Assembly (NCBI GenBank): GCA_966211455.1
Contig: CBIHNI010000009.1
Coordinates: 115,576 to 179,575 of the forward strand
DNA: 64,000 nucleotides
Direction of reading: 5' to 3'
Source of the DNA: an uncultured Bdellovibrio sp.
GTDB taxonomy: Bacteria; Bdellovibrionota; Bdellovibrionia; Bdellovibrionales; Bdellovibrionaceae
The notes beneath the pieces were generated by a model. That model searched no databases. It worked only from the letters and a program-made list of their open reading frames with translations, and was not told the DNA's origin. The position numbers and the translations under genes were made by a program. Positions 1 to 9,573 of this stretch are shown piece by piece; the stretch's first letter is position 1; each line of letters opens with the position of its first letter.

Positions 1-1
1 G

Positions 2-1069
2 AAGTCAGATATTGATGCCCGCATTCACAAAGTGCTCGAGCACGGCGCTTACATCAATGGCCCCGAAGTCGCGGAACTTGAAAAAAAACTTGTCGAGTTC
101 ACGGGCGCGAAGGCCGCCTTGGCATGCTCGAATGGAACTGATGCTTTGCTCATCCCTTTGATGGCATTGGGAATCGGTGCCGGTGATGAAGTGATCACCA
201 CGGCCTTTTCCTTTATCGCGACGGCTGAGACCATCGTTCTGGCGGGTGCGACTCCGGTGTACGTGGATATCGATCCAAAAACTTTCAATTTGGATCCTGT
301 CCAAGTTGAAAAAGCGATCACGTCGAAAACGAAGGCGATCATGCCTGTTTCTTTGTACGGACAACTTCCGGATATGGACGCCTTGCAGGCGATCGCCAAA
401 AAGCACGGCCTGCACATCATCGAAGATGCCGCGCAAAGTTTCGGCGCGACTTTCAAAGGCAAGCGCAGCTGCAGTCTGACGATTGCATCCGGCACGAGCT
501 TCTTCCCTGCGAAACCTTTGGGCGCTTATGGCGACGCGGGTGCGATGTTCACCAATGACGAAAAACTTGCCGTCGTCATGAAGGAAATCCGCGAGCATGG
601 CTCTGAAAGCCGTTACTATCACACACGCCTGGGAATGAACGCGCGTTTGGATAGCATTCAGTGCGCAATTCTATTGGCCAAATTGCAGCGCTACCCTTGG
701 GAAATCGAACAGCGCGAAAAAATCGCTCGCCGCTTCAACGAGGCTTTTGCATCGATCAAGGTTCAAGATTTTGCCTGCCCGGTGGTCGCTGAAGGACATC
801 AAAGCGTTTGGGCTCAGTACACCGTGACAGTTGGCGATCGTGCAACTTTCCAAAAGAAACTGCAAGATGCCGGTGTTCCGACCAGCATCCACTATCCACG
901 CATTATGCCAGATCAACCTTGGTACAAACAAAATGCCAATAAATGCGTCGGCGACTTGCAGCATGCACGCTGGGCGGCCGAGCACGTGATCAGCTTGCCA
1001 ATGTACCCTGACATGGACGATAAGACTCAAACTTACATTATCGACCAAGTCTTGAAAGCGGTGAAATAA
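2..1069 (+). CDS. DegT/DnrJ/EryC1/StrS-family PLP-dependent sugar aminotransferase (5' end cut by window edge)
   Basis: The frame is open from nt 2 (KSDIDARIHKVLEHGAYINGPEV...), so the listed Met at 32 is internal. Family motifs: NGTDALLIPLMALGIGAGDEVITTAFSFIATAE, IIEDAAQSFGA, SFFPAKPLGAYGDAGAMFTND. Stop TAA at 1067-1069. Confidence 0.9.
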   Translation, partial: KSDIDARIHKVLEHGAYINGPEVAELEKKLVEFTGAKAALACSNGTDALLIPLMALGIGAGDEVITTAFSFIATAETIVLAGATPVYVDIDPKTFNLDPVQVEKAITSKTKAIMPVSLYGQLPDMDALQAIAKKHGLHIIEDAAQSFGATFKGKRSCSLTIASGTSFFPAKPLGAYGDAGAMFTNDEKLAVVMKEIREHGSESRYYHTRLGMNARLDSIQCAILLAKLQRYPWEIEQREKIARRFNEAFASIKVQDFACPVVAEGHQSVWAQYTVTVGDRATFQKKLQDAGVPTSIHYPRIMPDQPWYKQNANKCVGDLQHARWAAEHVISLPMYPDMDDKTQTYIIDQVLKAVK

Positions 1070-1071
1070 AG

Positions 1072-1926
1072 ATGACAGGCTTTTCGGCTCTGCCAAATCT
1101 GGTGAAGATGAAAACTTCCTCGGGCGAAATCACCTGGGGAAATGCCAAGCAATGGGTTCTATTTGCAGGCCCTGACATCATCGAAGATGAAGGCATGGTT
1201 TTCGAAACAGGAAAAGAAATCAAACGCGTGACCCAAGCTTTGGGTATTCCGTGGATTTTGAAATGCTCTTTCGATAAGGCCAACCGTCAAAGCGCGGGTT
1301 CTTTCCGTGGACCGGGCGCAAACAGTGCTTTGAAAAGCCTTGAACGCATCAAAGCTGAATTGGATGTTCCACTTCTCACCGATGTGCACGAAACAATTCA
1401 GGTTGCAGACACAGCCAAAGTGGCAGATGTGATTCAGATCCCTGCTTTCTTATCTCGTCAGACCGATCTTTTGGTCGAAACGGCAAAAACTGGAAAAGTC
1501 ATCCATATCAAAAAAGGTCAGTTCCTAGCGCCTTGGGATATGAAGGCGATCGCGCAAAAAGCGGTGAATGCGGGCAATAAGAATGTTCTTCTTTGCGAGC
1601 GCGGAACGACTTTCGGTTACAATCGTTTGATTAACGATATGACGGGTCTTGTGGACATGCGAAGCCTGGGCTTTCCGGTGATTATGGATTGCACTCACTC
1701 GACTCAGCTTCCAGGTGCGACGGGCGAAAGCTCGGGCGGCCGTGGGGAGATGGTCTGGCCTCTGGCTCGGGCCGCGATGGCTGTTGGTGTGGATGGTATT
1801 TTCTTGGAAACGCATCCGAATCCTGAAAAGGCTTTGTGTGATGGCCCGACTTCGCTTCCATTGCGAAACTTGGAGAAAATGCTCACAAATCTGCAGGCGA
1901 TTTGGAAGACGCATTTCCTCAAGTAA
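1072..1926 (+). CDS. kdsA: 3-deoxy-8-phosphooctulonate (KDO8P) synthase
   Basis: 284 aa. CSFDKANRQSAGSFRGPG, LLTDVHE, IQIPAFLSRQTDLL, IKKGQFLAPWDM, CERGTTFGYNRLINDM and DCTHSTQLPG are characteristic KdsA blocks. The ATG lies 2 nt after the upstream stop. Confidence 0.93.
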   Translation: MTGFSALPNLVKMKTSSGEITWGNAKQWVLFAGPDIIEDEGMVFETGKEIKRVTQALGIPWILKCSFDKANRQSAGSFRGPGANSALKSLERIKAELDVPLLTDVHETIQVADTAKVADVIQIPAFLSRQTDLLVETAKTGKVIHIKKGQFLAPWDMKAIAQKAVNAGNKNVLLCERGTTFGYNRLINDMTGLVDMRSLGFPVIMDCTHSTQLPGATGESSGGRGEMVWPLARAAMAVGVDGIFLETHPNPEKALCDGPTSLPLRNLEKMLTNLQAIWKTHFLK

Positions 1927-1958
1927 GACGAACGAACTTCGCCTAGGATCCTGATCGG

Positions 1959-3371
1959 ATGCTATTTCAAACCACCCAGTTTTTGGGATTTTTCCTAATT
2001 TTCTATAGCCTGTTTTTGTTGTTGCACAACCGTACGCAGGCTCGTCTGTTGGTGTTGCTTGGCGCCTCTTACATTTTTTATTCCTATTGGGACTGGCGCT
2101 TTTTAGGATTGATCATCTTCTCGACTGGTGCCGATTATTATTTAGGCAAATGGATCGAAGACTGTGCGGATCAGGCGCGAAAAAAAAGGCTTCTGATCGC
2201 CAGTGTGGTTTTAAATCTCAGTGTTTTGGGATTCTTTAAGTACTTTAATTTTTTCTTGGATGGATTTCATGAGCTCTTAACGAGCTTTGGGGTGAGCTCT
2301 CCAAGCCCGATCTTCAGAATCATTCTGCCCGTCGGAATTTCTTTTTATACTTTCGAAAGTCTTAGCTACGTGATTGATGTTTATCGCGGAAAACTGAAAG
2401 CCACCCGAAGTTTTCTGGATTACGCCATTTTTATCTCTTTCTTTCCGCACTTGGTGGCCGGCCCGATCATTCGGCCCAAAACTTTCTTCCAGCAAATCCG
2501 TACGGATTTGAACATCAGTGAAAAGGAATTCCATCTGGGGATGATTCGTTTTGGGGTCGGGGTTTTAAAGAAAGTTTTTCTGGCGGATATCTTGGCTTTG
2601 CATTTTGCCGATCTCGTTTTCGAATCGCCGGATAAATACAGCGCCTTGGATTGCTTGCTGGCAGCTTACGCTTACGCTTTTCAGATCTATCTCGATTTTT
2701 CGGCCTATTCAGATATGGCCATCGGGCTTTCGCAAGCTTGCGGAATTCATCTACCCGAGAATTTCAATTATCCTTACGTCGCCCGAAATCTGCAGGACTT
2801 TTGGAATCGATGGCATATCTCGCTTTCGACTTGGTTACGCGATTACCTGTATATTCCGCTCGGGGGCAACCGAGATGGCAATCTGAAAAAGCATCGAAAC
2901 ATCATGCTAACCATGGTTTTGGGCGGCCTGTGGCATGGTGCGAACATGACTTTTATTGTCTGGGGTTTTATCCATGGTATTTTCATTTCCGCCAGCCATT
3001 TGATCAAAGATCGCATTCAAGTTCCCGCGAAGAGCGCTAATATTCTAGGTTGGTTCCTTACCTTTCATATCGTTGTTTTAGCTTGGGTTTACTTCCGCGC
3101 GCCGAATCTACATGATGCTCATGCTTTCTTAAGCAGAGTTTTCCTGTTACCACTTCAAGCTCCCAAGTCCGTTATCCCTTGGGAATGCGTTTTGGTCCTA
3201 CTGATTTGTGCTGTGACCCAATACTTTGGCGCACGCGGATCGAAGTTCCGCTGGATTGAAAATTTCTCGACAAGACCTTGGTGGCAGCTGATTTTCTTCT
3301 ATGTGTTGATCGTGGGATCAATCATTCTCGCCGAACAACATTTTCAACCTTTTATCTATTTCCAGTTTTAA
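1959..3371 (+). CDS. MBOAT-family membrane O-acyltransferase (AlgI/PatA/DltB-like)
   Basis: 470 aa and polytopic. Motifs AYAFQIYLDFSAYSDMAIG, FWNRWHISLSTWLRDYLYIPLGGNR and LGGLWHGA include the conserved MBOAT His. Confidence 0.88.
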   Translation: MLFQTTQFLGFFLIFYSLFLLLHNRTQARLLVLLGASYIFYSYWDWRFLGLIIFSTGADYYLGKWIEDCADQARKKRLLIASVVLNLSVLGFFKYFNFFLDGFHELLTSFGVSSPSPIFRIILPVGISFYTFESLSYVIDVYRGKLKATRSFLDYAIFISFFPHLVAGPIIRPKTFFQQIRTDLNISEKEFHLGMIRFGVGVLKKVFLADILALHFADLVFESPDKYSALDCLLAAYAYAFQIYLDFSAYSDMAIGLSQACGIHLPENFNYPYVARNLQDFWNRWHISLSTWLRDYLYIPLGGNRDGNLKKHRNIMLTMVLGGLWHGANMTFIVWGFIHGIFISASHLIKDRIQVPAKSANILGWFLTFHIVVLAWVYFRAPNLHDAHAFLSRVFLLPLQAPKSVIPWECVLVLLICAVTQYFGARGSKFRWIENFSTRPWWQLIFFYVLIVGSIILAEQHFQPFIYFQF

Positions 3372-3372
3372 T

Positions 3373-4389
3373 ATGATGAACTTGAAGGGCTTTTACAAAA
3401 TTGTTGCCGGAATCCTCCTCTGCCTGATGGTCGTGAACATTCCTCTGAATCTGACTTTCGAGGCTCTGAAAGAACGGCACTATATCACTCAGAAAAGCAT
3501 GGATGGCTTTAGCACCTGGGACTTGCATCTAACACCCCAGAGCCAAAATGCGATTGCTCCACCAGATGAACTTTTCCCATACGAAACCGAATCACCCGAA
3601 ACAATTTCGACATATCAAAAGGTGATCGTCCTGATCGGCTCTTCAGTGGTCGCCGGGGACGGCGTCAAAAGAGGAGACCGTTTTTCAAACGAGCTCAGCC
3701 GCATATCGTCCGCGTCTTCCGTCCCTACTTATTTTTTCAATGCCGGCCGCAGTGGATCTGAGATCTACACTTACTTTACGAATCTGAAAGAGCTCATCAA
3801 AAAATATCCTAAAATCCAGTGTTTGATCTGGTTCCCCAATCGCAATGATCTGATCAGTCAGGCCGAGCTTCAGACAAGACTGAGCGAAAAACAAGAGGCC
3901 AAAAATCTCAGCTCAGCTTCGACGATGCCTTTGCAGGACATGCTGTTCTTGGGGTTTTTCAAACGCCTGGGGCAGCGCTTTACTTTCGAAGGCAATATCC
4001 TGAAAGAGAACTCGATCCAAAGTGAGCACAATCTTTATTACACAACCGGCTTAATGGAAGGATTGGATTCAGAAACCAAGTCCGACCTGGCGGCAGCTTT
4101 GCAATCCTATAAAGAAATATTGGATGCGCATGGAACTCATTTCTCGGCGGTGTTTTTGCCTTCGCGCCATTTCAATCGATTTCATCAATGGTCCGAAGCC
4201 AAATCCTTGCTGGATGTCCAGGCCCTCCTAAATGATCAAGGTATTACGAATATTTCTTTCTTTGAACAAGTCAAAGAACATGATGATTACGTTGATTACA
4301 TTCACTTCTCACCGGTAGGCCACTCGATGATTGCCAAACTTTTGCAAGAAAGAATGTCCGAGCTTTGTCCTGACTCTGCCAAAAAATAA
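3373..4389 (+). CDS. Membrane-anchored SGNH/GDSL-like partner of the MBOAT (putative polysaccharide O-acetyltransferase component)
   Basis: N-terminal signal-anchor (FYKIVAGILLCLMVVNIPL). SGNH-like blocks: I VLIGSSVVAGDG, III WFPNRNDL, V DYIHFSPVGH (DxxH). The ATG lies 1 nt after the MBOAT stop. Confidence 0.55.
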   Translation: MMNLKGFYKIVAGILLCLMVVNIPLNLTFEALKERHYITQKSMDGFSTWDLHLTPQSQNAIAPPDELFPYETESPETISTYQKVIVLIGSSVVAGDGVKRGDRFSNELSRISSASSVPTYFFNAGRSGSEIYTYFTNLKELIKKYPKIQCLIWFPNRNDLISQAELQTRLSEKQEAKNLSSASTMPLQDMLFLGFFKRLGQRFTFEGNILKENSIQSEHNLYYTTGLMEGLDSETKSDLAAALQSYKEILDAHGTHFSAVFLPSRHFNRFHQWSEAKSLLDVQALLNDQGITNISFFEQVKEHDDYVDYIHFSPVGHSMIAKLLQERMSELCPDSAKK

Positions 4390-4399
4390 ACGTCTCGAC

Positions 4400-5905
4400 T
4401 TAGACTTTGCTTGCTTTGACTCGCATTTTTGCAATGGTCGCTTTCACTTCCTTGCGAAGCGCTAGACTGACCAAAGCCAGACACATCACTTCCAGTGCGC
4501 CGAGGCGGAAGAAAAAGCTTTTCGCATCCGGAGCCTCGTTGACGTAGTGATAAGCCGCAAAATGCAAAATCCCGGCAATCCCCAAAGAGACAAGCCAGCT
4601 TTTCAAACCCGACATCAAACGGAATGAAAAATCCCGTCGGGCCCAAACGATATAAAATAGCCCCACAAAGAAGAACTGAAATACAGTCGTGAGGATTGTT
4701 GCCGTCACACCCCAGTACCAGGTCGCGGGCAATGAAGCCACGATACTGATGACAGAAATGATCGTCGGCCACAAAGACATATCCCGATTGCGCTCACCTC
4801 GCGCCACCAACACCGCACCGAGCACCGACCCATAGGGTGCAATCAACACGATAAATCCCGCCAAGAACAAAGGCAGGGCCAGGTTTTCATATGAGCTTCC
4901 CAACCAGTAGGTCACCAGTGAACGTGAAAACAGGCCAAAGGCGATTAAGAAAACAATGATATAGGCCATCAAAATGTTGCAGAGACTTTCCGAAAGATCG
5001 CGAATATAGATTTTATGCTCAGGCGCCCGCTTCAAACTGGCCACCGGAATGATCACCTCGCTGACCCGACCTAAAAGACTTTTCATCAAAGCCGGAACCT
5101 TTACGCTGATATCATAGATTGCAACTGCCGTAGGCCCCAGAATCAAAGATACCAAAGTCACGTCGCTTTGACGTTGGGCCGTGCCGTTCACCCTTGAGAA
5201 AAAGAAAGGGCTCCATTCAGACCACTCGCCGCGAAGCTGTGCAAAAGTCAAACGACCAAAGCCTGGCAAATACTGAAAACTTTTTCGTGTCCGATACAAA
5301 ACAATCACAAACATCACAACTTGTGAAATCAAGAAGGCCATCACAAGATTGTTAAAGTCGGCTTTCATGGCCAGCAGAACGAAAGAAAGCAAAACGAAAA
5401 GTAGATATCCCAAGGTGTCGATTTGCTTGAATTGCGCGTTTCGGTGTTTGGCCACCCAAATCAAACCGCAGACCGCGGTCGGCGCCGCGAAGAAGTTCGA
5501 AAGTAAAATCAAAAGCAGTGGAAGGCGATAGGTTTCAATACGGGCGGCATCGATATGCAGAAGATCCAATAAAATCGAACTTCCAACCCATCCTACTAAA
5601 AATGTAAGAAGGCTGATTACCGACATATAAGTCATTAGCGAAGAGAGTCTTTTTTTATCCGAATCCAGCAGCGCATCGCCCGACTGTCTGGCGATTTGAT
5701 TTAGCACATAGGCTGGGTAACCCAAATCCAAAAGTGCCAACATGCCTTGATAAAAGGTCAGCAAAAGAAGAGTCGAAAACAATCCATAATTTTCAAGACC
5801 GATGCGCGAGATGATGAAAGGGATCAATGCGAGGGCCAGCCCCCCTCGGATCAACTGCGAAAACACGCCCCAAAACGAATTGAAAAATATAGATCGCTCT
5901 TTCAT
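4400..5905 (-). CDS. Wzx-type (MOP superfamily) polysaccharide/oligosaccharide flippase, copy 1
   Basis: 501 aa with about 12-14 hydrophobic segments. The N-terminus (FFNSFWGVFSQLIRGGLALALIPFIISRIGLENYGLF) is typical of polysaccharide biosynthesis (Polysacc_synt) proteins. Confidence 0.8.
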   Translation of the reverse strand: MKERSIFFNSFWGVFSQLIRGGLALALIPFIISRIGLENYGLFSTLLLLTFYQGMLALLDLGYPAYVLNQIARQSGDALLDSDKKRLSSLMTYMSVISLLTFLVGWVGSSILLDLLHIDAARIETYRLPLLLILLSNFFAAPTAVCGLIWVAKHRNAQFKQIDTLGYLLFVLLSFVLLAMKADFNNLVMAFLISQVVMFVIVLYRTRKSFQYLPGFGRLTFAQLRGEWSEWSPFFFSRVNGTAQRQSDVTLVSLILGPTAVAIYDISVKVPALMKSLLGRVSEVIIPVASLKRAPEHKIYIRDLSESLCNILMAYIIVFLIAFGLFSRSLVTYWLGSSYENLALPLFLAGFIVLIAPYGSVLGAVLVARGERNRDMSLWPTIISVISIVASLPATWYWGVTATILTTVFQFFFVGLFYIVWARRDFSFRLMSGLKSWLVSLGIAGILHFAAYHYVNEAPDAKSFFFRLGALEVMCLALVSLALRKEVKATIAKMRVKASKV

Positions 5906-5912
5906 TCGCCCC

Positions 5913-6917
5913 TTATGACGGCTTCGGCAAAGCGTCGCTCAGCTCTCGAATCTGAGGAATATTTTGACCCCATTTCGTTCGCCCTAGCAGTGGCCACTGG
6001 ATCCACTTCTGCAGCTCATCTTTCGTCTTCTCCGATTGCATCAAATAAGCCGAACCCACCCCTGCCAAGGATGCCGTCATTAGATCCACGGCCGAATCAC
6101 CGACAAAGATTGAATTTTCCAGATCCACGCGAAACTCATTGATCACGGAATGAATCATTCCGGGTCGGGGCTTTCGCAGACTGCGACGAACAAGACCCGA
6201 AGCAAACTGGCTGCTTTCGTAGAAAGGTGCCCGCATAATTCGATCCAAGAAAATCCCCTCTTTAACAAGAAGATCCTGCATTCGATGGGTGACCTTTTCA
6301 TACTCGGCCCATTTTACCGTGCCACGACCAATTCCGGATTGATTTGAAATCACAATCAGAAAGTATCCTAGCTCACGCGCACGACGAAGAGCTTCAGGTA
6401 CTCCGGGTAAAAGGCGAACGTTGGAAGGATCCCTGACATAACCTGTATCTTCAATCAACACACCATCGCGGTCTAAGAAGAGAGCGCGATTCAATCGGCT
6501 CCCTTCCATCGAAATTTGACCTTTCAAAGACTGCAACTGTTGCAAAAGCTTTCCAATATCGAATAAAGCCGAGCGCAGGTCTTTTTCAGGAAAGGTAAAG
6601 TCCGCAAGCGATGGCTCTTTCAAGGAATCGGTCATCAAGGCGATCTGGGCCCCAGTCTTATGCGAAAGATTCCACAACAGATCGACTGAGGCATTTTCAA
6701 CAAAGATTAAATCCTTCACACCGAAATCACTGACGGTGTGTAGATTCTGCAGATCTATTTTTTCGAAGATCACATGCTCGGGCACCATACTGAAAAGCAT
6801 CTCGACCTGCGGCCCCGTGCAAATGATGCGACCGCCATCGAAAATGCTTGCAAGCAATCCGCCCAGGATCGGATTCTGCCGAAAGGCTTCGGAAAGAATT
6901 TGATCGCCGGCGTTCAC
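5913..6917 (-). CDS. HAD-IIIA phosphatase of the D,D-heptose 1,7-bisphosphate phosphatase (GmhB) type with an extra ~145-aa N-terminal domain
   Basis: The C-terminal half carries LFLDRDGVLIED, LIVISNQSGIGRG, RKPRPGM and IFVGDSAVDL (HAD motifs I-IV as in GmhB). The GTG start overlaps the ugd stop (GTGA). Confidence 0.75.
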   Translation of the reverse strand: MNAGDQILSEAFRQNPILGGLLASIFDGGRIICTGPQVEMLFSMVPEHVIFEKIDLQNLHTVSDFGVKDLIFVENASVDLLWNLSHKTGAQIALMTDSLKEPSLADFTFPEKDLRSALFDIGKLLQQLQSLKGQISMEGSRLNRALFLDRDGVLIEDTGYVRDPSNVRLLPGVPEALRRARELGYFLIVISNQSGIGRGTVKWAEYEKVTHRMQDLLVKEGIFLDRIMRAPFYESSQFASGLVRRSLRKPRPGMIHSVINEFRVDLENSIFVGDSAVDLMTASLAGVGSAYLMQSEKTKDELQKWIQWPLLGRTKWGQNIPQIRELSDALPKPS

Positions 6918-8257
6918 GCCTTGGCTTTCAGGACCGAAGGTCGACCAACCGACCAGTAATCATATCCGGTCTCTTCCATCACTTTCAGACTGAACAGATT
7001 TCGTCCGTCAAAGATGGTTGGTGTTTTCAATAAGCTTTTCATTTTGTCAAAATTTGGCTCTTTGAAAGACTTCCACTCCGTGACGATCACCAAGCAAGCC
7101 GCATCCTTCAGGGCTTCATACTGATCAGCCACAAAGCTTAAGCCGTTTTGACCCTTGAAATGTTCCTTGGCGTGCGGCTCGGCAACTGGGTCAAATGCGG
7201 TGACAGTCGCCCCGGCATCCAGCATGCCTTGGATCAAATCCAAAGATGGAGCTTCGCGAATATCATCCGTTCCCGGCTTGAAAGCGACCCCCCAGACGGC
7301 CACTTTTTGATTGCGCAATCCCGATGGAGTTTTACGTTTGATTAAATCCAAAAAATTTTCTCGCTGCATCTGATTCGTCTTTTCGACTGCTTCCAAAATA
7401 TCCAAATGCTCGTCATTATCACGACCCGCTTTGATCAATGCTTTTACATCTTTCGGAAAGCATGAACCGCCGTAACCCACGCCGGCAAAAATGAAATGCG
7501 GACCGATACGGAAGTCACTGCCAATTCCGCGACGAACATTCTCAATGTCAGCGCCCACTTTTTCACAAACGCGTGAAAATTCATTCATCAAAGAAATTTT
7601 TGTCGCGAGCAACGCATTTGCCGCGTACTTGGTCATTTCCGAGGACAGAATATCCATCACAAGCAAGGGATTGCCGTTTTTCAAGAACGGCTCATACAAG
7701 CGACTCATCAGCTCTGCAGCTTTGTTCGATTCACATCCCACAACGACGCGTGAGGGCTTCAAGCAATCTTCAATTGCAGCACCTTCACGCAAGAATTCTG
7801 GATTTGAAACGATATCAAAGGTTGCCAGGCTGCCACGTTTCTTGATGGCTTCGTCGATCGCCTTGCGAACCCTATGACCAGTACCAACCGGAACGGTCGA
7901 TTTCGTGATTACAACTTTGTAACCATTCATGTGTGTGCCAATGGTTTCGGCCACTTGCAAAACGTATTTCAAATCGGCAGAACCATCAACATCTGACGGA
8001 GTTCCAACCGCGATGAACAACAGATCCGATTCCTCAATCGCCTTCACCGAATCAGTCGTGAAATTAATACGCTGAGCTTTCAGATTGTTCGTGATCAGAC
8101 CATCCAAACCAGGTTCATAAATTGGCGAACGACCATCTTTCAGTTGTGCGACTTTCTTAGCATCAACATCCACACAGATGACATCATTTCCCATCTCGGC
8201 AAAACAAACGCCGGTTACCAGTCCTACATAGCCCGTTCCAAAAACTGAAATCTTCAC
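6914..8257 (-). CDS. ugd: UDP-glucose 6-dehydrogenase
   Basis: 447 aa. KISVFGTGYVGLVTGVCFAEMG (Rossmann fold), NPEFLREGAAIED and GYGGSCFPKDV (catalytic Cys). The GTG start overlaps the upstream stop (GTGA) and GGAAGGAAAG lies upstream. Confidence 0.92.
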   Translation of the reverse strand: MKISVFGTGYVGLVTGVCFAEMGNDVICVDVDAKKVAQLKDGRSPIYEPGLDGLITNNLKAQRINFTTDSVKAIEESDLLFIAVGTPSDVDGSADLKYVLQVAETIGTHMNGYKVVITKSTVPVGTGHRVRKAIDEAIKKRGSLATFDIVSNPEFLREGAAIEDCLKPSRVVVGCESNKAAELMSRLYEPFLKNGNPLLVMDILSSEMTKYAANALLATKISLMNEFSRVCEKVGADIENVRRGIGSDFRIGPHFIFAGVGYGGSCFPKDVKALIKAGRDNDEHLDILEAVEKTNQMQRENFLDLIKRKTPSGLRNQKVAVWGVAFKPGTDDIREAPSLDLIQGMLDAGATVTAFDPVAEPHAKEHFKGQNGLSFVADQYEALKDAACLVIVTEWKSFKEPNFDKMKSLLKTPTIFDGRNLFSLKVMEETGYDYWSVGRPSVLKAKA

Positions 8258-9498
8258 GATACTTTCCTTCCCACGGAGAGACAGTTGTACTTTCTAGCCA
8301 GAAAAATCACATATGCCCAAATCAGCATCACGACAAAACGAACTTTCGAATGTTCAAAATTCGCTTCGGTCAAACTTCCCACGCAGAAGGCGACTTGGGC
8401 CATCAAAAAACCAAGCGTGACGCCACGATCCCAAGTTTCGATCCCAGGATGACGCCAAAGCCGAATCAGCAAATAAAAGAAAAATCCCCAAACCAGAAGG
8501 TAGATCCCAAGACCCAAAATCCCTGTTCCTGCTGCAAGATGCAGATATTGATTGTGGGCATGGCTGACGATGATGCCCTCGGGCGCTCCCATTTTAATAA
8601 AATACTGTGGCAGCATCTTCGTGTTTTGTCCGTAGCCAGCGCCAAAAAAAGGATGATCTTTAAAAATCTGCCAATGTGTGTTCCACAGCACTTTTCGTTC
8701 GCTATAACCCTGGTATTCGCTGATCGTTTGATCCATACGGGTGCCAAAGTCCTTATTCGACTGATAGAGCAAAAGTCCGCAGCAACAGACCAAAACTGAA
8801 AACACGATCGCCACCCACGGACGCCAAATAAAAAAGCAAATTACCATCGCGCAAGTCAGCCCAATCCATACGCCGCGCGTGTAGGTCCAATACAAACCCG
8901 CCGCACTGAGCCCAATGACAACGAAAGCCATCAGCCGCTGGCGGGATGTCCAACGCGCTTGATCCAGCAAGAAAACGCCCAATAAAAAGCAGAAAAACAG
9001 AACGTAAGAGTGCGCAAAGGTCATTGGATCGGCAAAGAAACCACCTGCCCGCAAAAAACCATTTTCACCGACTCCATAGCGAAGCGAATCAAAAATCGGC
9101 CAATCCGCTAGAAAAAGAAAAATATTTGTCGCTGAAATCACACACAAAAAGCCCAAAATGAAATTCAAAATCTGTCGATTCGGCTTTAAGAGCTCAAGCG
9201 CTTCGATCAAGACGTAAAGAATCAGAATCCATTTGTATTCGATCACGCGCGACAAAGCATAAGGCAAATCCATGGGATTTAACAAAAATCCCACGATAGC
9301 GACCACTAGCCAGGCAATCCAGACCTTCTCGAGTCCAAATGGGTGCAGCAGCGCCGGCTTCGGAGTTTCCGCTTTTCGACGATTCCACACCATCCAGATC
9401 CATTGCCCACACAAAAGCGTAGAAAACAGATCCATCAAGGACTGTGACACCAGAACGGAAATCACGAACAGCATGAAAATCCAACGAAGACGATTCAT
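8254..9498 (-). CDS. O-antigen ligase/polymerase family (Wzy_C domain) membrane protein
   Basis: Polytopic. SHAHNQYLHLAAGTGILGLGIYLLVW is the typical Wzy_C/O-antigen ligase loop. The ORF is open to a TTG at 9543, but the ATG at 9498 (MNRLRW...) has an AGGG Shine-Dalgarno-like element, so the start is uncertain. Confidence 0.72.
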   Translation of the reverse strand: MNRLRWIFMLFVISVLVSQSLMDLFSTLLCGQWIWMVWNRRKAETPKPALLHPFGLEKVWIAWLVVAIVGFLLNPMDLPYALSRVIEYKWILILYVLIEALELLKPNRQILNFILGFLCVISATNIFLFLADWPIFDSLRYGVGENGFLRAGGFFADPMTFAHSYVLFFCFLLGVFLLDQARWTSRQRLMAFVVIGLSAAGLYWTYTRGVWIGLTCAMVICFFIWRPWVAIVFSVLVCCCGLLLYQSNKDFGTRMDQTISEYQGYSERKVLWNTHWQIFKDHPFFGAGYGQNTKMLPQYFIKMGAPEGIIVSHAHNQYLHLAAGTGILGLGIYLLVWGFFFYLLIRLWRHPGIETWDRGVTLGFLMAQVAFCVGSLTEANFEHSKVRFVVMLIWAYVIFLARKYNCLSVGRKVS

Positions 9499-9536
9499 AG
9501 ACCCTACAAGCAATATTGGCTGAGAAATATTTGATA

Positions 9537-9565
9537 TTGCCAAAGTTTCTGGTTCTTTTTAACTT
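9537..9565 (+). promoter_or_regulatory. Candidate sigma70-type promoter (TTGCCA-N17-TAACTT) for the 9574 gene, possibly giving a leaderless mRNA
   Basis: Hexamers at 9537-9542 and 9560-9565 with a 17-nt spacer. Only 8 nt separate the -10 element from the ATG at 9574, and there is no Shine-Dalgarno sequence. Confidence 0.3.
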
Positions 9566-9573
9566 GAATCACA

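Noticed and set aside
5-622. 205-aa ORF on the minus strand
   Set aside because: It lies entirely antisense to the well-supported DegT aminotransferase gene. Its composition is Arg/Asp-rich and low-complexity, typical of a shadow frame, and no ribosome-binding site or family motif is present.
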